Below the pieces are notes generated by a model. The model did not search any database. It worked only from the letters and a program-made list of their open reading frames with translations, and had not been told where the DNA came from. A DNA stretch of 63,670 nt, filler included, from Nemertoderma westbladi (Eukaryota; Animalia; Xenacoelomorpha), in assembly GCA_032718475.1 (NCBI GenBank). It is 3 parts of 3 records of this genome, joined end to end, with 100 filler letters (N's around TTAATTAATTAA, not from the genome) between each part and the next. Parts side by side here need not be neighbours in the genome. Positions count along the whole stretch, not along the records: positions 27,112 to 56,078 come from JAUCBJ010007044.1; 2 more parts are not named here. One strand, written 5' to 3'. The position numbers were made by a program, and so were the translations under genes. Below are positions 35,620-47,950 of the stretch, piece after piece (position 1 is the first letter of the stretch; each line of letters begins with the position of its first letter).

Positions 35620-38600
35620 ACATCATAACATTTAACTGCCAAGGAAGGCTACACAAGAAATAAAAAGTACATTTACTCCCTCCTACAAAATGAAGACCCA
35701 CATATTCTGGTACTACAAGAGCACTGGCTCAGCTGTAGAGAAGCTCAGTTCAACTTTAACAAAAAAAACCTACCAGCCGGCTACACCTGTTATACCTTTT
35801 CTGTAGCCGAAGGAATGAAGTCAAATAAAAAACGAGTACGTGGAGAAGGTGGTCTAGCCTTCCTAATTAAAGATGATATCTGCACATACTGTTCATCTGT
35901 TACCACTACCTCTGACCGACTGATTGCGATGACAATTGATGATCACTTCCACTGCAATATCACTATCATAGGAACATATATGCCCTTTGATAATAAATCA
36001 AACTACTCACGAACCAACTATTTAGAGGAATGCGGAAAGCTTACATCAATAATTGATGATTCAATACAAAATGGAAATGAAATAATCATAGCCGGAGACA
36101 TAAATGGTGATATAACCCACAACGAAGACCATAATGAAGAAAATAAAAGATCTACCTTTGGAACAATTTTTCACACACAAATTGTCCGCCCCTATAAATT
36201 ACAAGCCTTTTCAAGCACACACTCCAAAACAACAGGCGGAAATGCAACCTATTTTTTCAAATCAAGAACAGGAATCACAATAAGAAGCTCTCTAATAGAT
36301 CATATAATATCCTCAGAAAACATTACTAATTGTTTAGAAGAACGCCATATCTTCCAACAAAACGATGATAACATTTCTGATCATACACCTGTCTCCTGCA
36401 ACTTCAACATTCCTCAAATGGAGCACAAACAAAAATTACAAAACAAACCGGCGTGGAGGAATACTAGACCTCGCTTCTTTCTATTTAAAGAAGCAACAAC
36501 AGAACAGAAAGAAGCCTATAGAAAATCTGTTAGTGACGAGCTACTGAGCTTTAGCAAAATCTTGCTTAACGATGATTGTGTTTCGTACTCAACAAACAAA
36601 TTGCTACCAGAAGAGATGGTTGAAAAGATTAACCATACAATGCTACAATCTGCCAAACACCACATCCCGTCCATAATACCCAAAAAATTGAAACGCTGGA
36701 AGAACCATGGAAACAATGGCAAGACACTCCCAACTCGGTCTACTATATCACTGAAATCTCTAGAAATGATAAAAATTAAACGAACTTCCAACAACAACTT
36801 AACGTTGAAAGACGCCTCCCTTCAGAGACTACAAGAGGGTCGTATAAGAGCCAAAATAGCACATAGAGCATACCATGAACATATTTTGAGTCTCGCCCAA
36901 ACATGTGCAAACGACACAGACAAATTCTGGAACAAACTCAAACGTGAGGAAACCAATCATACTATCATCACAGAAGCGAATGCGAATAAACTCTATACCC
37001 ACTATAAAGATTTCTTTGAGACAGACAGTAGTGATAAAAATAGCCACCAACAAACCACCAACGACGAAACTCAAGTCGACGGGGAAAACCTAGAAAGTAG
37101 TCCAAATAGTGAGCTCTTCAATGCCAAACTCTTTACAATCCAAGACATAAAGACTGCAATAGAATCACTTAATAAGGGAAAGGCGTCCGATTTTGCTAAC
37201 ATAACAACAGAGCACCTAATTAATGCATCATCAAATACTATGTGTAAATATATTGCTTTCCTTTTCAACAGCATGACCCATTGTGGAGTCTTTCCGGACA
37301 ACCTATGTGCGAGTCTCTTACTACCACACCTCAAGAATGCTACTCGAAAGAAAAACGATACAACAAATTACAGAGGAATTTCAATCTCATCAATCTTCGT
37401 CAAGCTGTGGGAAATTCTAGTTCTGAGCGAATTCACTCGAGAGGCAACTAGCCATCTCCAAATGGCATACAAGAAAGGAATCAATGGAGAAATCCCCTAC
37501 ATGGTAGCCAATAAACTAATTAAGCGTTTTAATGCAGGTGGCTCAGACGTCCACGTGCTCTCAATAGACTTATCTGCGGCCTTCGACTGCGTAAACCACA
37601 AATCTCTCTTTAGTAAGCTTAGGGAAACAAATATCGATAAACCCTGGTTACAACTACTCGAATCACTCTACAAAAAATCTACAGCTTATGTAAGAACAGG
37701 ACGACGTTTATACACACAATCAATCAAACTATCCAAAGGCGTAAGACAAGGGGGATTATTATCTGCATGGCTCTTTAATTTTTATCTAAAAGAATTATTC
37801 GTCAACATAGAATCATTAGGATTAGGTATACACATCAACAAGCACTCCTACCCTATAATTGGGTATGCAGATGACATACTGCTTCTAGCAAACCTAAAGA
37901 GCGATCTACAGAAGTTAACAACAGTCTGTACTACCTACTTCTCTGCACATGGCCTAAAAGCGAACCCAACAAAATCCCGCATTATGTTATCTGCTCACCA
38001 ACAACAAAGACAACCACTAAACAAACCCTGAAAGTTGGTCACACTACCCTAGAACACGAAAATAGTTGTCGATACCTAGGACTGCCCTTCCCCTTAACTC
38101 AAGAAACTCAAGACAGCCTAAAAGACAACTTCGTCAAAAGGTGCTGGTGGAATGTGGCGCGATTAAAGAACCGGGGGTTATCAACTTCTGATGTGCCCCT
38201 GATAGTTACGAAGACCATATGGAAAACCATTTGCACCCCATCAATCCTATATGGAACAGCAAATTACACAGATGCTATCACCAACGATTTTGAAGTCTTT
38301 TTTCGAAAGGCTATGAGATCAATATTAGGTGTCAAAAATTACGTATCCAACAATACCCTGTACCTTCTCCTAGGACAAGAAACCCTATCATCCCTAGTGG
38401 CATACAACAAATGTAGGATCATATACAGTGCTTTCAACTCTCGCAATCCAAAAATAATATACCTCTTCGCCTGGCTTCTAGCGCAGCATAGCCTTAATAT
38501 ATATAAAGACCCCCTATTTGATGACTACAACGTTGCGTCGTGGATTTACGGACTACCATGCATAACCAGCCTAGTAACGGCATCCTACAGCACCAAACAT

Positions 38601-38765
38601 ACCATAAGGAATGCGAAAGAACGCAACAAGCCAACAGCCAAATATAAGGACATTTTCAATGCGCTGTTTTTAAATAGTATCCTAAACAACATCAACTCAG
38701 AAAACCACGTAAGGCATGAATGTATCCTTGATTTTTATGGAATCGAAAAATCAACCACACAATAA
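35620..38765 (+). pseudogene. LINE ORF2 (APE + RT) with two frameshifts
   Basis: IITFNCQG, LQEHWL, GDING, IDHI, SDH; NYRGIS, DLSAAFD, GVRQGGLLS, YADD; YLG and the C-terminus resume in another frame after ~38030. Confidence 0.9.
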
Positions 38766-39252
38766 TAACTCATGACTAGGTACACACAGAGCTAACTATG
38801 ACCATGGTGTCTTTGAGTGACCTGACTTTTATTGATTTATTGTTTTATTGATTTACTGATTTATTGATTTATTTTTTGATTATTGACCGTTTTAATTATA
38901 GCCTGCCGGGGCGTATGCCGTGCAAATGAATGAATGAATGAATAATTATGAATTGTGATTTCAGTTTTGTAAAACAAATTTTCGGTTAAATAATTAAATA
39001 TTGTTAAGAATTAAAACTGTGAAGGGAATATATACATATTAATGTCATATATAACCAATAATATTGATCGGTGCAAATAATATTAATTATGATATTATTA
39101 TGAAGTTATAAATATGATAATCCTTTATTAATATTTATTTTTAATAATAATTTATAATAATTCAAATTGATTATGAGACCCAGTGGTTGAAGGGGGGGGG
39201 GGGGGGGGGGACTTGACGCAAATTCCCTCTCGTCGTCTCAATGTTAAATTAT

Positions 39253-39702
39253 CGGCAACAGTTCTGCCCGTCCCCCCATATTCAGATTTTTTACTAGCTA
39301 TTTTTAAGAAGTTTTATTTACATATATATTAATGTTCTAGAAGGTAGCTAGTATTTTTTGTCTAGCTACTAGTGTTTTAAAAAAAAATTGACTAGCTATT
39401 TTTAAGCACAGTTTTACTTTTTTCAAAAATTGTTTAAATATGTATGGAAATGTTGAATGCAATATCACTGAATTAAAAAAATATAAAAAAAAATAAGAAT
39501 TTTCAACTTTTTTAAAAATGTTCTAGAACAAAATATAATTTGTTCTGAACATAATAAAAAAAAACTGAAATATGAAATATATATATGAAATGTTCTAGAA
39601 CAGTTCACACAAACACTAAAAGATAACAGAAAGCTACCGGTAGCAAACTTGTACATTTTGGTATAAAATTAAAATGAGGGGGAAATGGCGGAACTCTAGC
39701 CG
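39253..39702. mobile_element. Non-autonomous TIR element (Kolobok-like?)
   Basis: Left end CGGCAACAGTTCTGCCC versus right-end reverse complement CGGCTAGAGTTCCGCC; related to the element end at 58991. Confidence 0.45.
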
Positions 39703-39825
39703 AAATATCAATTAAGGGAAAATAGCAGGTTACAGTGGCACGCAACAAAAACCAAAAGAATAAACTAATGTAAATTCGTCGTCGCCAATTATTACTACAT
39801 ATACATACAAGTATTAATTGTTGTG

Positions 39826-39914
39826 TATGTATGTATGTATGTATGTATGTATGTATGTATGTATGTATGTATGTATGTATGTATGTATGTATGTATGTAT
39901 GTATGTATGTATGT
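39826..39914. repeat. (TATG)n microsatellite
   Basis: About 22 perfect units. Confidence 0.97.
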
Positions 39915-41427
39915 CCGCCACATACTTAGGATGTATCTTAATTAAATCAGTCTTAGGAGGAAAACATGCATGTTGCTGAATATATCTGGCTAATTATTGT
40001 TTAAATTTAGGATAAATTTTGGGTAAATTGTGGGTTAAATCTGGTCGAACATGGCGTTTTTTTAGAAATTTTTACTCCAATTTCGGTCCGCCCGCATCTG
40101 GTAGCCTTTTAACGTCATTTTAAGGTCAAATATCACTACTGACAAACACTACAGCATAATAAGGACTGCCTCTCTACATACCTGTAGGATGTTATGGTAT
40201 GTTGTAGTTGCATTAGTTGTTCGCGAGCTAGTAGGAAAAAAATCGTGAGATGTCCAATTTGGCTCCACTAATAATAATAAAGAAAATAAAGAAAACCAAT
40301 AGCTTTAACGCAGAAAGAAACTAAAACGTTTTGAATCTCTAGTATTCCCGTTAACCAAATTTAATTTCAATCAAACGAAACAAACGCGTCATTCTAACAC
40401 AATCGGTGTAAATCGGAATAAATTGATTATCTGTCACTCAACACGCTCTAATTATTTTCGCAATAATATCATATAATTTGAATCTCTGCGGCAGACCGCT
40501 TTTCATTGAATCTCAACAAAATAGAGCGTTTCAAGATACTCCGTATTCTAATAAAAAAAAATAACACCTACTTACTGTACTACAAAACGCCCACAGAGTA
40601 ATAAAAGATATTTAATTACTAACCATTATAATCAATAACTTAGCAAGTCATTTTGACACGATTGGGTTCAATTACTTTGAAGAGAATCGCGTTGGGACAT
40701 CCACCCAACTATGTAATCATAATTACATCGACTTGGACCATCTGTTCAATAGGTTTAAATAAAGAGCTGCCAGTTGATAAAGAAAAGTAACTTCTTACTT
40801 ACTAAGGGAAAATTATTTAATGTCATTTATCAGTTGTAACTTCAGTTAACAAAATTCGTAAGATAACGATATTTTACAGGGTGGGCGAAAAATTAAGATT
40901 GTAAATCGAAGCATTGTGAATAATTTTCTTTTGTTTTGAATAGATCATAAAGTTTATAAAATAAGTATACGAAATATGGTACATATTTTCAGTTTTCATT
41001 ATCACTTCATAAAAACTGCTACTCTTAAAAAGGATCTAAAAAATTTACAAAATGTATTTACTAATAAATAATCGAGAGCTTATTGAAACAAAAGTAGACC
41101 CACGTATTTCATTACATGTTCCCTAATAATTTATCACATAATTCAAATTAGCCTACTCACTTGGGCATTTGAATATTCGGCGTCTTCATTTTTACCAATT
41201 TAATAAATTATAATTATTTATAAAAATAACCATCCTAGCAAAAGAAGGACTAACATTTTAAAAGATAATAAATTAAATAAGAAGAAATATAATTATAATT
41301 ATCTTTTTTATAATAATTTGAGTCTAGAATGATAGTGAAGTCTCAATCACTAAAATAACGCAGCAAGCATTATTAATATATCAACAATAATTAATATCTC
41401 ACTAATTTCCTGACAATTATTTCCAAT

Positions 41428-41624
41428 ATGAATAATTTAATTCTACAAGTAGTTGCTCTGCTAGCGACCACAGCTCTAGTTGTAAGAAGCGACTACCGAT
41501 GCCGAGTACTCCTTCCGCCATCATGGTGTTCAGGGTCTGTAGCTAAACGGGCGAGCAATAGAGGAAAGGGGTTAGGAACGAGTTACAGAACATTCGACTT
41601 GGATATGGTACTCGTAAAACAACC
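41428..41624 (+). CDS. Exon 1 of secreted peptide/EF-hand precursor (signal peptide, two-Cys peptide, KR)
   Basis: ATG, hydrophobic leader MNNLILQVVALLATTALVVRS, ends CC|GTAAGT (phase 2), compatible with the exon at 46007; TATAAAA near 41219. Confidence 0.65.
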
Positions 41625-42034
41625 GTAAGTTTATGAAAACTTCTGTTAGTTAAAAAATATATAAATATAAAAAACTAAATATCTTGTAAATGGGTAGAGC
41701 CTACGCATTTCCCTCCTAAACCAGTATTGAGATACCGGTAGCAGTTTAATCGGTTCGTCCTTTGCTAGTATTACACTGCTGATGAACCGAATTCCATGTC
41801 GATAAAACGCAGCTCCACCCTGCAATCCCACCTGTTAACGCTAACCAGTCACTGTTATTACCAGGAGGTTTAGCCTGTTAACGACCTGGTGCTGCTATAA
41901 CTACCTCATGGTTTAAACTTAAATGGTGACCAGTATGTATGCCCAACTGAGTGATACGGGGTTGGCTTTGTTGAAGGACTGCCAGAATTACAATTCAACC
42001 CTTCCCACTTCTGCCATGTTCAACTTCCTTCAGT

Positions 42035-42430
42035 TCGACGCCCATCCCGTTTACTCCCACCACGTTCCACTTCATACCCGTTCCACACCCTACCGTTCCA
42101 CACCCACTACGTTCCACACCCACTACGTTCCACACCCACCCCGTTCCACGTCCATCCCAGTCTACGCCCACCCTTACACTCCCACCTCATTCCACTTCAT
42201 ACCCGTTCTACACCCAACAGTTCCACACCCACTACGTTCCACACCCTCCTCGTTCCAAGTCCATCCCATTCTACGCCCACTTTTTTCACTCCCACCTCAT
42301 TCCACTTCATACCCGTCCTACACCCTACCGTTCCACACCCACTACGTTCCACACCCTCCCCGTTCCACGTCCATCCCGTTCTACGCCCATCCTTTTCACT
42401 CCCACCTCGTCCCACTTTATACCCGTTCCA
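42035..42430. repeat. C-rich tandem repeat, ~110-bp unit, about 3.5 copies
   Basis: TCTACGCCCA recurs at 42160, 42270 and 42380, with CGTTCCACAC subrepeats. Confidence 0.85.
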
Positions 42431-42899
42431 CACAAATCGTAACACCCATAAATCACAAATCACTATAAAGTTGAAAAATAACTGCAGTGGTATGTGGGAC
42501 TGGTGCAATATCGACGGAGACACTTTTTTTAAACGCTTGTATCTAAAGATTGAAAGCAAAAATAAAATTTCTGGCTCTCCCAGTAAGGAGGAGGTAGGTG
42601 AAACTATCTCCGTTTCACTTTTTATGTACAAAATTTGAAGAAAAATTGTGGTCGTGTCATTGAATTGCGACATTACATTCCGGGACAGGGGCATACAATG
42701 TGGCAATATGCACCCTGTTCCCTGTTCAGCATTGGAGGTGTCTCATTATCATCCACCCCAAGCTTGATACTTGAACAGAGCCATCTCCGCTTCGCAATAC
42801 ATTGTTTTCGCCGCAAGGACCAGTCTGTGCACAATCTAGAGATTTGAAGGCCTATGAATGTCTACCTACCATATACAATGCAGCATGTTGATTATTCTA

Positions 42900-44294
42900 C
42901 ACCATAACCATTAATGCAACAACCATTTTTAGGGGGTCGGAGCCCCCCCCCCCCCCCCCCCCCTAGTTTTTATCAAATTTCAATAAAATGCTACGAAATT
43001 TGGTATGATGATAGATCGACACCTTTTCTTACTGGTGGCCTGGCCGGATTTTTTAATTTATGAGCTATTTCGACAAGCCGTTAAAAATCGTCTATTTCGC
43101 AATATTTAGCCAATACGTCAGGTTTAATTTGTCGTCTTTGGAATGAGATCTAGATATCATTAGATCCGCCTGCATCTGCAGATTCCGAATATGAAACCCG
43201 TTGAAAATTTCACCAAGAACTTTCGGAGATATTATCAAAATACTAAGGTGTAAATTTTTGTCGCTATAATTCTAATGTTTTTTTTACTGAATTCTAGAAT
43301 ACTAATTATGGGTAATGAAAAAACAAGATGGAGAGTTTTAGGCCCCCCTCACAGGGAGCAACTTGTTTCTGCAACTTGTTTCTGAAACTTGTTGCTGGAC
43401 CCCCTCACACACAGAAACTTGTTGCTGCAACTTGTTTCCGAAACTTGTTCTGTGTGTGAGGAGTCCAGCAACAAGTTTCTGCAACTTGTTTCCGAAACTT
43501 ATTTCTGTGTGTGAGGGGGTCCAGCAACAAGTTGCTGGAAGTTATATACCCAGCAACTTTTTAAAAAACCTTTTTTACATCCAATTTTTAGATTAGAGCT
43601 AATATTCGATAAATTGAGTGATTTGATATTATATATAAATGACTGGACATGTTAGCTACTGTATTTGTTTTGAAATAATTGTTATTTTCTTGAGCAACAA
43701 GTTTCTGTGTGTGAGGGGGTCCAGCAACAAGTTGCAGAAACAAGTTTCGGAAACAAGTTGCAGCAACTTGTTTCTGTGTGTGAGGGGGTCCAGCAACAAG
43801 TTTCAGAAACAAGTTTCAGAAACAAGTTGCAGAAACAAGTTGCTCCGTGTGAGGGGGGCCTTAAACGCTCAGCTAAGTAATAATTAATATTCTAGAATAA
43901 AGACAACAAAACATCAGAATTATAGCGATTTACGTCACAAAAATTTACACCTTAGTATTTTGATAATATCTCCGGAAGTTCTTGGTGAAATTTACAACGG
44001 GTTTCATATTCGGATTCTGCAGATGAAGGCGGTTCTAATGATATCTAGGTTTAATTCCAAAGACGAAAAATAAAGCTGACGGAGGTGGGTAAATGTTCCG
44101 AAATAGACGATTTTTAACGGCTTGTTGTATCGAAATAGCTCATAAATTAAAAAATCCGGCCAGGCCACCAGTAAGAAAAGGTGTCGATCTATCATCATAC
44201 CAAATTTCGTAGCATTTTATAGAAATTTGAAAAAAATTAGGGGGGGGGGGGCTCCGACCACCTAAAAATGGTTGTTGTATTAAGGGTTATGGTG
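42900..44294. mobile_element. Foldback MITE with ~410-bp TIRs and TA flanks
   Basis: TA|CACCATAACC ... GGTTATGGTG|TA; arms ~42900-43310 and ~43885-44294. Confidence 0.85.
43341..43860. mobile_element. PIF/Harbinger-type palindromic MITE nested in the foldback
   Basis: TTA|GGCCCCCCTCACA ... TGTGAGGGGGGCC|TTA; internal AACTTGTT subrepeats. Confidence 0.85.
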
Positions 44295-44349
44295 TATATA
44301 AATAATAGAATCAAAACAATTTAAAAAAATCATATTTGAACTTTAAAGC

Positions 44350-45870
44350 ACTAGTAATACACAAGGGCATATCTGAAGCGTATGACTGCTTTTTAGGCGT
44401 ATTGCAAGGTGAATGTTTGTCCCCGGTACTTTTTATTCTTTTTCTCAATGACCTGGAGGCTGAGCTGAGACGACTGATGGAGGCGGTGTGAATGGTATCA
44501 CCTTATCCCACTTGCAGCTATTTCTATTACTTTACGCGGACGATCTGGTACTACTGTAATAGCCACCACAGAATCGGACTTAGAGAGATCTTTTGATATC
44601 TTAGGGGTTTATTCGGAGTATTGGGGCCTGGGGGTGTACGGGTTAATCTGGACAAAACAAACGTCGTAGTTTTTCGGAGAGGGGGTTCATTGGCGAGAGG
44701 AGACAAGTGGTTTTATAAACGGGGGAGAGTGTTGGTGTTGATAGTAACAATGTGTTGGCAAGCTGTATTTATCGAGGTGTTTGTTATTATACATTTATTA
44801 TAGGAAGTGTTGGTGTTGTCTCACAATACAATTAGGTGGGAATCACATTGTCATTTACAGGTAAATTTGCTTGCGCACAAAGAATACTGGCGCAAAAAGC
44901 TGAAAAGGGTTTATTCTCGCTCTATAAGTATTTTATTAAATTCCCAAATTTTTAATTTGCATTGAAGTACAAGCTATTCTCGATATTGATTGCGCCAATT
45001 TTAAGTTACGGTGCCGATGTTTGGGGATTTCATTCTGTTCCGGCAGTTGAGCGAGTTCATTTAGCTTTTTTGAAACGCCTACTTGGAGTAAAACGGAGCA
45101 CTCCTGATTTTGCCGTCTACGGGGAAACTGGGGCTGTGCCGCTTTCAGTTTCACGAAAGCTGACAATTGTAAAATTTTTGGTAAGAACTTTGACTCTCCC
45201 GGAGACGAGACTGACTAAACGTATGTATCAGGTACTTTACGAGGATGTACTGCAGGGGGCAGCGACAAACTGGGTTTCAATGGTAAGTGATGTATTAAAT
45301 GGCCTGGGCCAAAGTTGGGCATGGCTGTCTCAAAATGTTGGGGATACCAAAGTATTTTTAAATAAAGTATATTGGTTATCGGTATTGATTATTGGTTTCA
45401 ATATTGATGATTGGAATCGATATTGTTCATAGAGTAGTTCTAATGGATCAATTCATACAAGGGTGGTGGCTTGATATATCAAACTCTTTCAAGGGTCAAT
45501 ATTACGTTAAAAATAAATTCGGAACATAAGAATATCTACATTTATTAAAGGACAATAATGGCCTACGTCAAACCCTCGCAAGGTTTCGGTGCTCGTCCCA
45601 CAACGTAGAGAATGAAGTTGGCCGTTGGGATCACAGAGCTGTACGGGATCGGGTGTGTAAAATTTGTAACTTAGGGGAAGTAGAACATGAGTACCACTTT
45701 CTGCTTGTGTGTCCTGCTTACTCAAATATAAGGCAAACATATTTACGGCAATATTACACTATAAACCCATCGGTATATAAGTTTAAGGCTTTATTACGGC
45801 GCAAACCAGATTAAAATAACTTAGCTTTGTATCTAAGTAAAGCGTTTGCCGTATGGAGCGATTGCTAGCT
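44350..45870 (+). mobile_element. Degraded non-LTR retrotransposon 3' half (different family)
   Basis: GVLQGECLSP..FLNDL, LLYADD, PILSYGADVWG and C-terminal CKICNLGEVEHEYHFLLVCPAY across broken frames. Confidence 0.85.
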
Positions 45871-46006
45871 ATATTATAGTTAGTGTACAATTCAACAATA
45901 ACATACGTATGCTTGTTGTCGATTAATAATAATAAATAGTAATTGTATCACTCCTCAAATGAAAATGTTCCTAAACATCTGTTCGTAAACTTTCTTTCTG
46001 TTTCAG

Positions 46007-46161
46007 AACTTGTTACGCCAAGGATCCAAACTACAAAGTGTTTGAGGATTGGGATGTCAACGGAGATGACAGGGTATATATAGAGGAAGTCATTGATACG
46101 GCTGCGTACTTCCAGCAGCTGGTTGACCTAGCTCATCGCATACTAGAGGAACATGGTGAAG
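46007..46161 (+). CDS. Exon 2, EF-hand
   Basis: Polypyrimidine TTTCTTTCTGTTTCAG acceptor and G|GTAAGT donor; TCYAKDPNYKVFEDWDVNGDDRVYIEEVIDTAAY contains the EF-hand loop DVNGDDRVYIEE. Confidence 0.8.
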
Positions 46162-46471
46162 GTAAGTAACAGCTGTAGTGCCAAAATAGATATATTAAGA
46201 AAGAGATCAGTTTGTAGCTGAAGCATATTGTATGATGAGTTATTCTAAATTATTTAGAACATGTTCGCTTAGTCATAGCCTATACTAAAGATTATAATTT
46301 TTGTCCCAGTGAGAGAAAAGTCTCTGTAAGTCTTATCCGCTGTGCTTGCAGGGTGGTACTGGGTTTTGCAATTCTCGGTAACCACCGAGATTGCTAAGAA
46401 AATAGTTAACTATTTAAACCCTCTCTCATACTTTTCAATAACTAAAATAATACATAATTTTGCAATTTCAG

Positions 46472-46608
46472 GAGGTGACGTGATAACGAGTGATATGTGG
46501 TTTAAGTTTGCGATAGATCATCCCAACGACAATATGAAGTTCGCAAGGAAACCCGGTAAAAATCACTACCCGGCAACCATGTTGGATTTTAATTTACTGG
46601 AAGGATAA
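46472..46608 (+). CDS. Exon 3 (terminal)
   Basis: TTTCAG acceptor, phase-1 match to exon 2, GGDVITSDMWFKF...LLEG*; AATAAA near 46761. Confidence 0.72.
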
Positions 46609-46799
46609 AATGTAACTATAACAACAAAGTAAATACAAACTATGTTTTTTTATGTGGTGGAAGGGAACTTTGTTTCAGTTATTGCAGTTGGAGTACATTA
46701 ATGTAAAAGTTGTGATTTGTATAAAATGAAGAAAAATATATGTTTGTTAATAATAATTGAAATAAAATAATATTATAATGAAAAAACACAATAATAACA

Positions 46800-46929
46800 T
46801 ACACATCAGACAGTCTGCTTATGTAATGTAGGTAGGCTACCGGGATTTATAACGTGATTTTATTTTGTCTATAACTACAGTAAAACCGGTAGCCTACCTA
46901 CATTACATAAGCAGACTGTCTGATGTGTA
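46800..46929. repeat. Perfect 44-bp inverted repeat (TA-flanked mini-MITE or hairpin)
   Basis: Arms 46800-46843 and 46886-46929 with a 42-nt loop. Confidence 0.9.
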
Positions 46930-47419
46930 AAATAACATTGTTATTTCTGATAAATTCTACTATTCTGGGAAAGAGGTTCAGATGTGCAATGAATACGATT
47001 ATCTTAGGGTTCTTTTACAACCATCTCTGTGTTTTACAAAACATATAGATCTGAAGAAGAGGAAATCCTACCGAGCTATCGGCTGTCTCACAAATCTCAA
47101 CATGTTGTCTACAATTTTGAAAACAGAATGAAGATATATTACATGAAAATCGAACCAATAGTTACATTTGCTTTCTTGGAAATAGGCAAATTATAATATG
47201 AAAAATCTTCCAGAAATCGACAAAATTAAATCAACGTATTAGGTCCTATACGTTAAAAGGTTACTTACTTTCACTGCACAAATCGGCTACTTCAACAGTG
47301 GCTTTAAAATTAATAAACTCTCGTACATTTTTAGAAGATTGTAACAATATGTTGGCAAGCTGTGGGTGCTCAGTGCTCAAAGTGAATGAGAGGATGAAAA
47401 TAATGATAATGAGGAAATA

Positions 47420-47950
47420 TTGAGGCAATTACTTGGAAATAAGAATAAATTGCGGAAAATTATTAAACATTTGAAGGAAAATGAAGAAAATAAAGAGGTG
47501 ACATTGACCCAAGTTCTAGGAAGTAAAATTAAATTACAGAAATTTATTAAACATTTAGAAGAGAATGATGAAAATAAAGAAGAGATATTGAGACAAATAT
47601 TAGGAAACAAAAATCAAATGCGGAAATTTATTAAACAAATGGAAGAAAATGAGGAAAATAGAGAAGAGATATTAAGACAGGTTCTGGGAAATAAAAGTAA
47701 ATTACTGAAAATTAATGAACAATTGAATAAAATTAAGAAACAGTTGGGTAATGAGGAAGATGAAAGTAAAGTAAATCAACCAGCTTTTACTAATTTTCGA
47801 AGACCTATGATAAAAAAACTCTCGTTCAGTAAATGCCCGCGCAGGACGACGCTATTGACATTTGTTTGTTTGAGTTCCTTTCATAATATTTTTTATTTAT
47901 TCGTCCGGCTTCTCGCCCCGGTGGCTATATTCAGTAAAAGGTCGGGCTAA
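47420..47950 (+). other. ORF made of 84-bp (28-aa) coiled-coil repeats; coding status uncertain
   Basis: LRQxLGNKxxxxKxIKxxEENxENxEEI about 4 times; the repeats diverge by substitution without losing frame. Confidence 0.4.

Larger units (their letters stand above)
32300..38943 (+). mobile_element. Near full-length non-LTR retrotransposon: ORF1 (Ulp1-like protease + coiled coil + RRM-like) and ORF2 (APE + RT), (ATGA)n tail
   Basis: GC-rich 5' UTR, A-rich sense strand, two frameshifted ORFs, 3' UTR ending AAATGAATGAATGAATGAAT. The 5' boundary is approximate. Confidence 0.9.

Noticed and set aside
41923-42706. Pro/His-rich ORFs on both strands
   Set aside because: Derived from the 110-bp C-rich tandem repeat inside an intron.
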